A DNA stretch of 61,790 nucleotides, counting the filler, from Sanchytrium tribonematis (Eukaryota): NCBI GenBank assembly GCA_018985235.1. It is 9 parts of 9 records of this genome, joined end to end, with 100 filler letters (N's around TTAATTAATTAA, not from the genome) between each part and the next. Parts side by side here need not be neighbours in the genome. Positions count along the whole stretch, not along the records: positions 36,864 to 61,790 come from JADGIG010000070.1; 8 more parts are not named here. One strand, 5' to 3'. Numbering within the stretch: position 1 is the stretch's first letter; the number at the start of each line of letters is the position of its first letter. The notes below the pieces were generated by a model that worked only from the letters and a program-made list of their open reading frames with translations, was not told the DNA's origin and made no database searches. Both the position numbers and the translations under genes were made by a program. Below are positions 43,484 to 52,946 of the stretch, piece after piece.

Positions 43484-44869
43484 ATGATGTCATATTTCGC
43501 AAACTCGGTTCCCCTTCAAATGTCAAAAACGAAAGACCCACAATCCAATGTTCTTAAAATTACAGCTTACACCTTTGGGCTATGGACCGGATACGTTTTG
43601 TATACATTAAATTTGCAGGAATATTTTCCGGCGGTCCAAACATTTTACCCTAACGATTATCGAATGATTGCTGCACCATGTGGAATGCTTCTTGGGACTT
43701 TGATGACACCCACATTTTTAGACAGATATAAGCTTAGACATGTATTATATTTTGGCGCTTTTGTCTCAATATTAAGTTGTGCAGTGATGCCTTTTGCATT
43801 TGCACCAGAGGTAATTATTGTTGATAGAATATTTTTTGGTATAGCTTTGGGTCTGCTGCTAACTAAATTTTGTATTTTTGTGAGTATGGTGGTTCCAAAT
43901 GAAAGAATATTAGAATATACGATTGATTTGATTGTAGGCTTTGCAGGTGGGTGTACACTAGCAAACGTAATCAGCTTGGTGTCATACAGTGAAAATGTAT
44001 TTAGTAGATCATTCAGAATACCTTACTTTATTGCAATTGCTTTGATTCTTCTCTGGACAGTGTGGGTCTCATTATTTTTGCCAGAAAGTCCTTTATTTTT
44101 TATTAAAGAGGGAAATGACGATGCAGCTGGCAGAATAATTGCTGCTTTTTACGGAAAGCCAAGCAGCCACCAGGATATTCAATCAAAGATCAAATCTGCT
44201 AAAGAGGCAATCAAATCTGCCTCACTGAAGAGTCCTACTCTAATCACACCATTAAATGCCAAATTTCGTTCCAAGACTCTAATATCAGCAACTTTATTGT
44301 TTTTTACATTTGCAAGTTACCCTGCAACGCTACTGTTTTACGGTATTAAAACTCTTAATACAGATTTCGATGGCCAAACAAAAATCACCATATCTCTAAC
44401 TTTTACTACTATATTTTTCGTTTTTTCGTTTTTTAGCAAAAAGCTGATTATGAAATTTAAGAGAAAAAATTCAATGTTGGCATCTGCCGTGGTTCTTTCC
44501 CTGTTATCTCTGATATTGTGTTTTTTAACAATTTCAAAGAGTTATATTGTTGCAATTATAGTGCTGGGATTATCTTCTGGAATTGCATCAATTTGGCTTG
44601 CTATTTCACTTGCTACAGTTATGCAAATTTTTGACGAGGATGCCAAGTCAAGATCTATTGCATTATCATTAGCGTGCGCTTGGTTCGGGGCGATTTTGGT
44701 ATTTTTATTCGATATTTTATTGTCTGAATATACTGTATTTTTAATGACTGCACTTTCACTTATATCTTTAGTATGGATCAAAGTTTCACCACTACCAGAG
44801 CAGCATCATTTAAGTGCTTATGAGACTTCAAGAAGAGAGTTGCTAAGGCAAGATTCTTCTCAAAAATAA
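43484..44869 (+). CDS. MFS sugar-porter-like transporter (start 43484 or 43520)
   Basis: About 12 TM segments; LPESP motif; FKRK loop. Confidence 0.82.
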   Translation: MMSYFANSVPLQMSKTKDPQSNVLKITAYTFGLWTGYVLYTLNLQEYFPAVQTFYPNDYRMIAAPCGMLLGTLMTPTFLDRYKLRHVLYFGAFVSILSCAVMPFAFAPEVIIVDRIFFGIALGLLLTKFCIFVSMVVPNERILEYTIDLIVGFAGGCTLANVISLVSYSENVFSRSFRIPYFIAIALILLWTVWVSLFLPESPLFFIKEGNDDAAGRIIAAFYGKPSSHQDIQSKIKSAKEAIKSASLKSPTLITPLNAKFRSKTLISATLLFFTFASYPATLLFYGIKTLNTDFDGQTKITISLTFTTIFFVFSFFSKKLIMKFKRKNSMLASAVVLSLLSLILCFLTISKSYIVAIIVLGLSSGIASIWLAISLATVMQIFDEDAKSRSIALSLACAWFGAILVFLFDILLSEYTVFLMTALSLISLVWIKVSPLPEQHHLSAYETSRRELLRQDSSQK

Positions 44870-44879
44870 ATTTAGATAT

Positions 44880-45275
44880 TTACTCATCTTCATCTTTCTC
44901 GAGTAGTTCTCTAGCCTTTCTAAGAGCTTCACCTTCGTTTTTATAATGCTGTTTCCTATGGTCAACAAATTCTTCATCTTCTTCATTAGCTTCCTTATCA
45001 GATTGCTCATCGCTCTCACTCCAGTCGTCCACAACCTCATCTACCAATTCCTTCGGCTGCATTTGAGGCTTAGGTAGGTGAGGGCTACTCACAGCTTCCT
45101 CCAATTTCAGAGTAGGAATGCCTTCCTTATTTAATAATTGATCTCTTTCCACATCGTACCTGATAAATGGTGTTTTAGGCTCTTCAATCTTTGGATTCCC
45201 CTGAAATTGCTTATTAAACTCTAAATTGTCTTCATCGAATCGCACATGAGAGTGAGCTGTCGTTGGAGATGACAT
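44880..45275 (-). CDS. Protein phosphatase 1 inhibitor-2 (Glc8-like)
   Basis: VRFDEDNL, KIEEPKTPF and F..HRKQHYKNE. Confidence 0.88.
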   Translation of the reverse strand: MSSPTTAHSHVRFDEDNLEFNKQFQGNPKIEEPKTPFIRYDVERDQLLNKEGIPTLKLEEAVSSPHLPKPQMQPKELVDEVVDDWSESDEQSDKEANEEDEEFVDHRKQHYKNEGEALRKARELLEKDEDE

Positions 45276-45371
45276 GAATTATAATCTGTAACAAATGAAA
45301 CTGGGATGAAATCTTGAGTTCGATTTTTTTTTTAAATGTACCAAAATGGGGAATAAATTTATTAATTATAT

Positions 45372-45572
45372 TTATAAATTTAGCATAGCTTTCAGCTCTT
45401 CGGTTTTCCCTTTTTTTGTTGGAGTAGTATCTAATCCAGAACTTTTTCGATTCACGAGTAGCTGAGGAGTCGGTAAATCCATTGGGTTTGGAGCATTTTG
45501 AAATTCTGGTGATGCGTAGTATTTTTTGCCTTTCGAAGAACTCATTGATTGAAATTTCGAGGGGACAGACAT
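45372..45572 (-). CDS. Small PNRC/Edc1-like decapping cofactor
   Basis: YASPEFQNAPNPMDLPTP resembles YAGxxFxxSPxPxxLPxP; terminal LKAMLNL helical motif. Confidence 0.65.
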   Translation of the reverse strand: MSVPSKFQSMSSSKGKKYYASPEFQNAPNPMDLPTPQLLVNRKSSGLDTTPTKKGKTEELKAMLNL

Positions 45573-45865
45573 GACTTTTTATTTGGATTTTAAATTAAAA
45601 TATTTGATTGGTCAATATCATCAAAGGTGATTGAAAGTTTTCTATTAGCGAACTGAAATTAAAGTCTGCAAAATGATCACTGAGCACCGAGCTCTTTTAT
45701 CATTTTAAGATAAAAAGCGCTAGATTGCAAACTATGTTGTAGGGTTCGAATTGCGTCACATCTAAACACGTGATTGATACTGTGTGACTTCACAAGTTTT
45801 AAATGGAAACACATCCAATTTGCCACGCAAAAATACCGTGATTTGTTTAATTTGTACTAGCCAGC

Positions 45866-46849
45866 ATGAAAAAAAAGAAAACAAATTCATTTTCTTATTG
45901 GAATGAAGTTTTAAATTATCCGTTCCATAGCAAATTAGGGTATGCCATATTCACTTTGAATACCATTGTGATTATAATATCAATGATCAATGTTCTTTTA
46001 TCTACCATGTGGAGTTATATTGATTCTGAGGCTGCCAGGGATAAATTTGTTATTATAGATCTATTAACAAATGTTTATTTCATTTTTGAGTGGATCATCA
46101 GAGTCTACACTTCCAAAAACAAAACTAAGCTATTAAAATCTAAGATAGTATGGCTTGAGGGTCTTTCTAATTTGGTAATAATAGCAGACATAGAATTTTT
46201 AATTTCAAGTAGAAATGATTGGATTATAACTGGATGGGTGCCGCTGCTTTGTACTATTAGATGTTTTAGACTCTGCAGATTATATTGGCATTCATTTCAA
46301 CTTCAGCTAGCCTGGAAAGCTGTCCGTCAAGCGAGAGATGGTCTGATTATGATGATTGTTTTGTCTTGTATATCTCTATTATTTTTAGCAAATATACTCT
46401 ATTTTGCGGAAGAACTCTCCTGCGAAACTAGAAACAATGTGAGGTACTACATTTCTGGTCCAGAAGTAGGGAAACCATGTGCATTTCAAAGTCTGTTTGA
46501 TGCCTATTGGTTTACGGTCTGTTCAATCACAACAACTGGCTATGGCGATATTGTCCCAAAAACAGCACAGGGAAAGACTATTGCTGCTTTTGTTATGCTA
46601 CTTGCTGTTGTAATGTTTACCTTTCCGATCACAATAATTAGTGCTCATCTAACAGAAATATATATGAGAGAAAAACAGAGGAGACGGTTCAAAAAAAATA
46701 ACGTCATAGATCCCTCTCTCAGCACGAAAAATGTCTGCAAAACATTGATATCAAAATGTGAGAATGATATAGAATTGATTACAAAACAACTTGTTCAATT
46801 GCAAAGTATTTTGTCGCAAGTATCAAAAAATACTGACCTTTCTGACTAA
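45866..46849 (+). CDS. Voltage-gated (6TM) potassium channel
   Basis: S4-like IRCFRLCRL; pore TTTGYGD; S6 FPITII; C-terminal coiled coil. Confidence 0.92.
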   Translation: MKKKKTNSFSYWNEVLNYPFHSKLGYAIFTLNTIVIIISMINVLLSTMWSYIDSEAARDKFVIIDLLTNVYFIFEWIIRVYTSKNKTKLLKSKIVWLEGLSNLVIIADIEFLISSRNDWIITGWVPLLCTIRCFRLCRLYWHSFQLQLAWKAVRQARDGLIMMIVLSCISLLFLANILYFAEELSCETRNNVRYYISGPEVGKPCAFQSLFDAYWFTVCSITTTGYGDIVPKTAQGKTIAAFVMLLAVVMFTFPITIISAHLTEIYMREKQRRRFKKNNVIDPSLSTKNVCKTLISKCENDIELITKQLVQLQSILSQVSKNTDLSD

Positions 46850-47006
46850 TAAACACAATTTGTTTAACTTTTATTTGACTCAAATTATTAACTTTTACCT
46901 GAAATAATTTACGCAGAAGAAATAACACGTATTTGATAATTAGTCTGGCCATGCTTTGAATTAAAAGTGAAACATCAAAATCAAAGATCACGTGTGACTT
47001 TACCCT

Positions 47007-49568
47007 ATGGTTGCCCCTTTCGCACAGATCAATTTTAATAGATTTGCGATCTATTGCAATTACTCCTTGATGACAAATTGGTCTGCGTTACAATTACACT
47101 GCCAGACTTTGATCAAAGACTTTTCTGAAAGTGGGTATGAAAAGCACCTTTTGGGTGGTAACATCACTGCTTCTAATCTCACTGTCTCTCAACAGGATGG
47201 ATGTCTTAAAGCAAAAGATGCCAAACAGTCTGACTTTTGGACTTCTTTTGATACATGTCAAAGTCACCGATATTTGTGGGTTCATTTAGACGTCGACGTT
47301 GATGCTTCATTCAAAGTTAAGACAAAGGACTGTCAGGACGTTGAACAAACTCATGAAGTGAGCTGTTCGAATGGCACATGGTCCACTCCAAGTGGTACAT
47401 ATTACGATGGTTTTCTTATAAAAGTCACCGGGATCAAGAAATTTCATTTAGAAGAATCCAGTGTGGATGAATGGAAATTGAAGAAATTATCTTTTGTTGA
47501 CTGCCCAATGCCAGGAGATTCTGACTATAAGCATCCAGAAAACTACACAATTGGTGTTCAAAATGGTACAGGTAATGTGAACTGGACTATGGCTAAGAAC
47601 CACACTGCCAATGGAACTATCAATTGGGATATGGCTAAACATCACAATGGCACCGCACAAGTCAATTGGGACATGGCAAAACACCATAATGCTACTGCAA
47701 ATCTAAAATGGGAAATGGCTAAAAATTGGACTGGAGATGGAAAAGTTGACTGGAAGTTGGCTTCTACCCATAATGGAACCGCAATTTACAATGAAGGTCT
47801 AAAGACGAAGGATCCTGTAACTTACCCTCCTCAAAATGCGCCTGCTTCTAATGGTTGGGTATCACCGCCTTCATCACCAGAACCAGTGAAAGCTGCAGTA
47901 CCTACTCCTATCGTTGACCCAAAGCCATGGACAAGAGAAAACATTTACGGAAACTGTTTTGCTTTGCCTATTCACGATTTTAATAAGTCATTATCGGATG
48001 TGGAGTTTTCAAACTACTCAGCCCGTGTTTTAGGCTCTAAAGGGGAGATTAAATACGCTACTGGAACAAATGAATTACCATTTGACTTACAATGGTACGA
48101 CATGTTGTTAATCGAATTCACTGCGACCGCTGGAACTGCCTTTACAGTTGAGTTAGAGCAAAATAATAAGTGGCATAAGTCTCCTTATTCTAGAATTGTC
48201 ATTCCTGACAATAGACATAGAAGCGTGTTATTAGATTTAAGCGAATTTAAATGGGAAAACAAATGGACCACCGGCATCAAGTTTAGCTCTTTTACTGGAG
48301 AATTGAAAATCGACTTCACCAAAATTAGTTTTTTGAATTGCAACCATGTTGACAAGGTTGAAACACCTGCTTTACCTGTTTGCACGGCACAAAAGATTGT
48401 TTTGAATGACTTCTTTACCGGAGAGAAAAACAGAAATAGAAGAGGATTGAGAATGGGTTGCGATGGAACTGCTGAGTACATCACTTTGAATAATGGCTCA
48501 TTAGAATTGAAACCATATCAAAATTCAACCAACCAAACGTATTGGTACACAAACATTGGTACTCCTTGCTTTAATCAATCTTTAAGTGAATTTAAAAGAC
48601 CTAGTTTAGAAATTGAGGTGAAAGCACCTGCTGGTTCGTTGTATGATATTCAATTGGAATTCGCTGACAAATGCTGGTCAGAGAAAGGAGATTATAGCAG
48701 ACAGAACTACACTGTTAAGCAAGTCCCTAGTGCTGCGTATGCTCAACATGTCAATGACTCAGTTCAAGCATTGAGAATCCCTCTAGAAAGCTCTGAATTC
48801 TTAAACTTGTTTAGTCTTTATCTCATGAATATCCACTCCACTGGCTCGTTAGTGTTAAATCACATTCATATCGTTGATGTTGCTTGTAGATATGAAGTAA
48901 TTGCACCTACTCCTACTCCCACCACAACAACTAAAAACATTGCAGCACCTGCGCCACTTCCTGCAACCAACTACACTATCCCAGCTCCACTTCCATCCAA
49001 TGGCTCTGTAGAAAACTACACTGTTCCTCCAAGCCCTCCATCAGAACATAAGGTTAAGAAATATTATGCTTTGAACAACTTTACTTCCAATGATCCTCAA
49101 AAGAACATCAGAGGATTTAAAATGGGATGCGACGGTACTGCAAATTACTCTCAAGTCGCAAATGGTACATTTGAGTTAAATTCTTACGATCCTAAAGATA
49201 ACACTACCGCTAATACTTATTGGTACACAAATGTTGGTGCTCCTTGTTTTGCTCAAAACTTTACTGATTATAAGAAACCTGCTATTGAAATTCAAGCTTT
49301 TGCTGTAGCAAATACTACGTTTGAGATACAATTGCAATTTGCAGATTCATGCAATCACACTGAAAGAGATCATTACAAAGTTAAGCAATTCCACTCAAAA
49401 GATCTGGCTCAATGGACTTCGGACTGCGACAAATATGTCCACATCCCTGTTGATCATGATGATTTCCACAATTTATTTAGCATTTATTTGTTGAATATCG
49501 ATTCTAAAAACTCTATCAAGTTGGATCATATTCATGTTGTTGATCTTGACGACGATGCTACTCAATAA
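47007..49568 (+). CDS. Large modular extracellular-type protein with repeated beta-sandwich-like domains, Pro/Thr linkers and 14-aa tandem repeats
   Basis: Two clearly homologous modules (MGCDGTA...YWYTNxGxPCF...IQLxFAD.C), two more divergent ones, and many NxT/S sites. Confidence 0.75.
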   Translation: MVAPFAQINFNRFAIYCNYSLMTNWSALQLHCQTLIKDFSESGYEKHLLGGNITASNLTVSQQDGCLKAKDAKQSDFWTSFDTCQSHRYLWVHLDVDVDASFKVKTKDCQDVEQTHEVSCSNGTWSTPSGTYYDGFLIKVTGIKKFHLEESSVDEWKLKKLSFVDCPMPGDSDYKHPENYTIGVQNGTGNVNWTMAKNHTANGTINWDMAKHHNGTAQVNWDMAKHHNATANLKWEMAKNWTGDGKVDWKLASTHNGTAIYNEGLKTKDPVTYPPQNAPASNGWVSPPSSPEPVKAAVPTPIVDPKPWTRENIYGNCFALPIHDFNKSLSDVEFSNYSARVLGSKGEIKYATGTNELPFDLQWYDMLLIEFTATAGTAFTVELEQNNKWHKSPYSRIVIPDNRHRSVLLDLSEFKWENKWTTGIKFSSFTGELKIDFTKISFLNCNHVDKVETPALPVCTAQKIVLNDFFTGEKNRNRRGLRMGCDGTAEYITLNNGSLELKPYQNSTNQTYWYTNIGTPCFNQSLSEFKRPSLEIEVKAPAGSLYDIQLEFADKCWSEKGDYSRQNYTVKQVPSAAYAQHVNDSVQALRIPLESSEFLNLFSLYLMNIHSTGSLVLNHIHIVDVACRYEVIAPTPTPTTTTKNIAAPAPLPATNYTIPAPLPSNGSVENYTVPPSPPSEHKVKKYYALNNFTSNDPQKNIRGFKMGCDGTANYSQVANGTFELNSYDPKDNTTANTYWYTNVGAPCFAQNFTDYKKPAIEIQAFAVANTTFEIQLQFADSCNHTERDHYKVKQFHSKDLAQWTSDCDKYVHIPVDHDDFHNLFSIYLLNIDSKNSIKLDHIHVVDLDDDATQ
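47559..47780 (+). repeat. About five imperfect 42-nt (14-aa) tandem repeats, consensus HNGTxxVNWDMAKH
   Basis: Seen directly in the translation. Confidence 0.85.
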
Positions 49569-49601
49569 AGAATATTATAGTTTGAAATAATTTATTTTGC
49601 T

Positions 49602-49781
49602 TCACTGAAATGCTAGGAGACCATGTCTTTGTTTGAACCCAACTCGATACTTACTGAATTTATCATCCGGAGAGAATTTGGCTGGATGAGCAGAGTTGTT
49701 TTGAGTATCGCTGCTCTTTTCTTTTAAAGTGTAAACTCTTTCGTTTTTGTCATTCAAAGTGTAGTGAAGTAGAAGGGACAT
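49602..49781 (-). CDS. NOP10: H/ACA snoRNP subunit Nop10
   Basis: LHYTL...RVYTLK...SAHPAKFSPDDKFSKYR..KQRHGLL. Confidence 0.95.
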   Translation of the reverse strand: MSLLLHYTLNDKNERVYTLKEKSSDTQNNSAHPAKFSPDDKFSKYRVGFKQRHGLLAFQ

Positions 49782-49815
49782 TGTTCGTTTTGCAAGGGTC
49801 AAAGTCTAAAAGGGG

Positions 49816-50655
49816 ATGAATAACAGATTGGAACTATCATCTACTAACGATATTGGTTCCGATAACTACAATTCTTCTGTATCCGAAGAGGATCATCAGT
49901 CAAACGAATCTGGCGTATCAGAGACTGACAATAAACTTGATAATAGCGAAGAAACTGACAAAATAGACCAAAATGAAATTCGAGAGGCAGTAATTGCCCA
50001 GAAGCAGCTCTATAGTAGTCTGTTAGAACAAAGAATTAGATTGCAAAAGAAAATACAGTATCTTAATGATGATGAGGCAGTCAAATTAATTCCTAAAATC
50101 GAAGTGGAAAATAGATTACAGAATTATATTGAGAGTGCTGGATTAAGCACCTCTTCATCTTTGGACAAGTTGGACGCCTTGTATGATACTTTACTAAATG
50201 AGAGTCAACAAGAAACTAAATTAAAGGGAATGCAGCCTATTTCTGAGCAATTACAGCAAATTTTGCTGAAGGACGAATCTAGGTTATTGAAAAAAACTCA
50301 ATTGAATCGTCTAACTAAGGTGGAAGACGAATCTGTTTTTGACGAGAGCGATTTTTACGCCATGATGTTGAAAGAATACCTCGAGCAAAAATCAAATTCT
50401 CCTGAGAATCAAGCAAAGATTAAAAAATTTAAGCAGTCCATCAAAGTGCACACAAGAGAAGTTGATCGAAAAGGTACCAAGGCAAGAAAACTTAATACAG
50501 AAAAGATACATGAAAAGATTAGGGGACTAGTGCCTACTGTAAAGCATTACAAGGGTCTCTGGGAATTTGAAAATATTGATATGTTAGTCAATGGATTATT
50601 TGGTCAATCGGGCATTGCGAATGACGAAGATGTTGGAGAATTCAATGTGTTTTAA
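49816..50655 (+). CDS. BFR2: Bfr2/AATF ribosome biogenesis factor (compact)
   Basis: LLEQRIRLQK; FDESDFY..MLKE; VDRKGTKARKL...HEKI. Confidence 0.85.
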   Translation: MNNRLELSSTNDIGSDNYNSSVSEEDHQSNESGVSETDNKLDNSEETDKIDQNEIREAVIAQKQLYSSLLEQRIRLQKKIQYLNDDEAVKLIPKIEVENRLQNYIESAGLSTSSSLDKLDALYDTLLNESQQETKLKGMQPISEQLQQILLKDESRLLKKTQLNRLTKVEDESVFDESDFYAMMLKEYLEQKSNSPENQAKIKKFKQSIKVHTREVDRKGTKARKLNTEKIHEKIRGLVPTVKHYKGLWEFENIDMLVNGLFGQSGIANDEDVGEFNVF

Positions 50656-50660
50656 TAAAT

Positions 50661-51695
50661 TTATTTTACATATGGTAGAATATTGTCATTTACAAGTGTT
50701 ACAATTTGCTCTGCAACTAAATACAATTTTGAAGGGTTTTCCAGCACCTCGAGCCTAAGGCTTTCGCAAATATTCAACTGATAGATTGAGCCCACATTTA
50801 TAAAATCCATATAAATTATATCCAATAGCTTCTTTTCTCCACAGCGTTCAAAATCCTCATACACTCTAAGAAATTTAACATTTTCCTCGCAAAAAAATTG
50901 CCTAGCAGTTTCTTCCAGATAATCGATATTATAGAATGTTCCCATTACTTGAATATTTCGAGTTTGCAATTTGTAATTAAGAAAGTAGAGAATGGGATAG
51001 TAAGCACCCCAAAATATAAAGTTTATACCTTGAAATGTGTTATCTAGTGAGTAATTCACCTCAAAATGGATCCTAGATAAAACCAAGACAATAGCAATTA
51101 TAATTGTACAAACAAATTTTCCCAAAAGTTCATTCCTCATACCGATTCTGTCCTTAACATTATAATGTATGATGCCGATGACGAATGTCACCTCGAGTAT
51201 CATTAAAGCTATAGTAACTCCATAGCTAATTACAAATGGGTGTTCTTCACACCTAAAATCAAAATCCGGTTCCTCCAAAGCTATAAAATTGTAAATCAAA
51301 GGTATACCCTCACTCAAAATTAAGGCCACTGCTGCAAATAATATACACCGACTTTTTCGAATCTTGTTCTTTTCATCCCACAGAAATCGAGTTAAATATT
51401 TGATACTACTTTTTTCTTCCACTAAGTAGTTGAAAATAAATGTTGTTCTAATAATATATACAACTAGTGCGATGGTGGATACAAATTGAATAGAAATACA
51501 AGGGGAATGGGTCCAGGATAGTATGAGGGAGATATATGAGGAGAAAAGCCCTAACAATAAGAGTTTTGGTCTCCTTTTTGATATAATCAATTTCTTGTAA
51601 TTCACTAATAGAAAGATCAATCCAAGTACAAAAAACACTGTTAATGATATGATCATTGCTACGGAATCTAATATACTTTTATTTTTATGTGACAT
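50661..51695 (-). CDS. Multi-pass (about 7 TM) protein with C-terminal RGS domain
   Basis: Hydrophobic helices, then FCEENVKFL...IY..FI...YQLNI (RGS). Confidence 0.8.
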   Translation of the reverse strand: MSHKNKSILDSVAMIISLTVFFVLGLIFLLVNYKKLIISKRRPKLLLLGLFSSYISLILSWTHSPCISIQFVSTIALVVYIIRTTFIFNYLVEEKSSIKYLTRFLWDEKNKIRKSRCILFAAVALILSEGIPLIYNFIALEEPDFDFRCEEHPFVISYGVTIALMILEVTFVIGIIHYNVKDRIGMRNELLGKFVCTIIIAIVLVLSRIHFEVNYSLDNTFQGINFIFWGAYYPILYFLNYKLQTRNIQVMGTFYNIDYLEETARQFFCEENVKFLRVYEDFERCGEKKLLDIIYMDFINVGSIYQLNICESLRLEVLENPSKLYLVAEQIVTLVNDNILPYVK

Positions 51696-51883
51696 TATAG
51701 CTTTTCGGGCCTACCAAGAGGACGTTCAACCAGATAGATATTATGGACCACATGGTCAAGCAATGTCTTATCAAAAGGCCGAAATCAAATTCATGCAAAT
51801 ATTTTTATGATTATTTGAAATCTTAAGAATATCTCAGTGAGAATGCCAGAAATTTTTTATGTTGAACGTCAATTTTAGATAGA

Positions 51884-52888
51884 TTACACATGTATCAACA
51901 AGTTTTCGCGGACCATTTGAATGACCTCGTCGTATGCTAAATGCAGTGTGGTAGGATCGTCAAGAATAGAAATTCTAGTTTTTTCACATAAATTTAGTTG
52001 AAATTTAGACTTCCTTTTTATAAAAGAGTTGATGATTTCATTCAAAATCAGTTCATCGGGCTCAAATTGATACTCATAATATTTTTGTAAGAATAAGATA
52101 TTCTCGGAACAAAAAAATTGCTTTCCCACCTTCATTAAATCCGAAAAATCATGTTGTTCGTCAGGCAATAACAAAGTTCTGTTTCTTCGTTTAAAATAAG
52201 CTAAATAGATGAGAGGGTACCATACTCCCCAAAATATAGCTATTATTCCGATAGTGAGATCGATATAAATTGTTGGGAAAGGAAATCTTTTTTGTAAAAT
52301 TTGAGAAACGATCCCGACTAACATAGCCGAAAAAACTCTTCCAATAACCTCGTTTCTCATCCCAATACGATCCTTTACTTTTTGTCTAAACATAAGGCCA
52401 ATGAAAATTAGTCCTGCTAATATAAAAATGAAAATGAATGGTAGACGAATATAGGGAGGGTATATTTCACAAGTGTATTGGGAGACATGTTGAATCACAT
52501 TATACGCCGCCATAGCACCTAAAGATAAAACCAAATCAACAGAGCAAATCAATAATGACTGCAATTTTCGTAATTTGTGATGTTCTCCCCAAAATAAATA
52601 GTTGAAAGATTTGACCCAACATTTTTTTTCACTCAAATAATTGTAAATGTAAGCTGTTCGAAGCAATGAAATGTACAGTAGAATAATAGTCAATGCCTGA
52701 GTCAGCATACAAGGTACGCCGCAGATCTGCAACACTGTAATAGTAAACCAAAGCCACTGATCTACAAATAGTAAATGTGGTAATCTTCTGGCAATGACTA
52801 CATGATTCACATGATACAGTTGAATAGAGAAGCCAGAAATGAAATAAAATAAGAGGACAAATATCGTCCAAAGTGGTAATTCGAGCAT
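51884..52888 (-). CDS. Multi-pass (about 7 TM) protein with C-terminal RGS domain, tandem paralog
   Basis: Shares VKDRIGMRNE with its neighbour; FCSENILFL...FQLNL. Confidence 0.8.
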   Translation of the reverse strand: MLELPLWTIFVLLFYFISGFSIQLYHVNHVVIARRLPHLLFVDQWLWFTITVLQICGVPCMLTQALTIILLYISLLRTAYIYNYLSEKKCWVKSFNYLFWGEHHKLRKLQSLLICSVDLVLSLGAMAAYNVIQHVSQYTCEIYPPYIRLPFIFIFILAGLIFIGLMFRQKVKDRIGMRNEVIGRVFSAMLVGIVSQILQKRFPFPTIYIDLTIGIIAIFWGVWYPLIYLAYFKRRNRTLLLPDEQHDFSDLMKVGKQFFCSENILFLQKYYEYQFEPDELILNEIINSFIKRKSKFQLNLCEKTRISILDDPTTLHLAYDEVIQMVRENLLIHV

Positions 52889-52946
52889 GAAGATTAGGGT
52901 GGTTTTAGATCAATCTCCACGCAGAGAAAAAAACAAATAGTGCTAT

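Noticed and set aside
47559..47780. CRISPR-like repeat array
   Set aside because: Repeats are degenerate, in-frame coding units without unique spacers; there are no cas genes and the context is eukaryotic.
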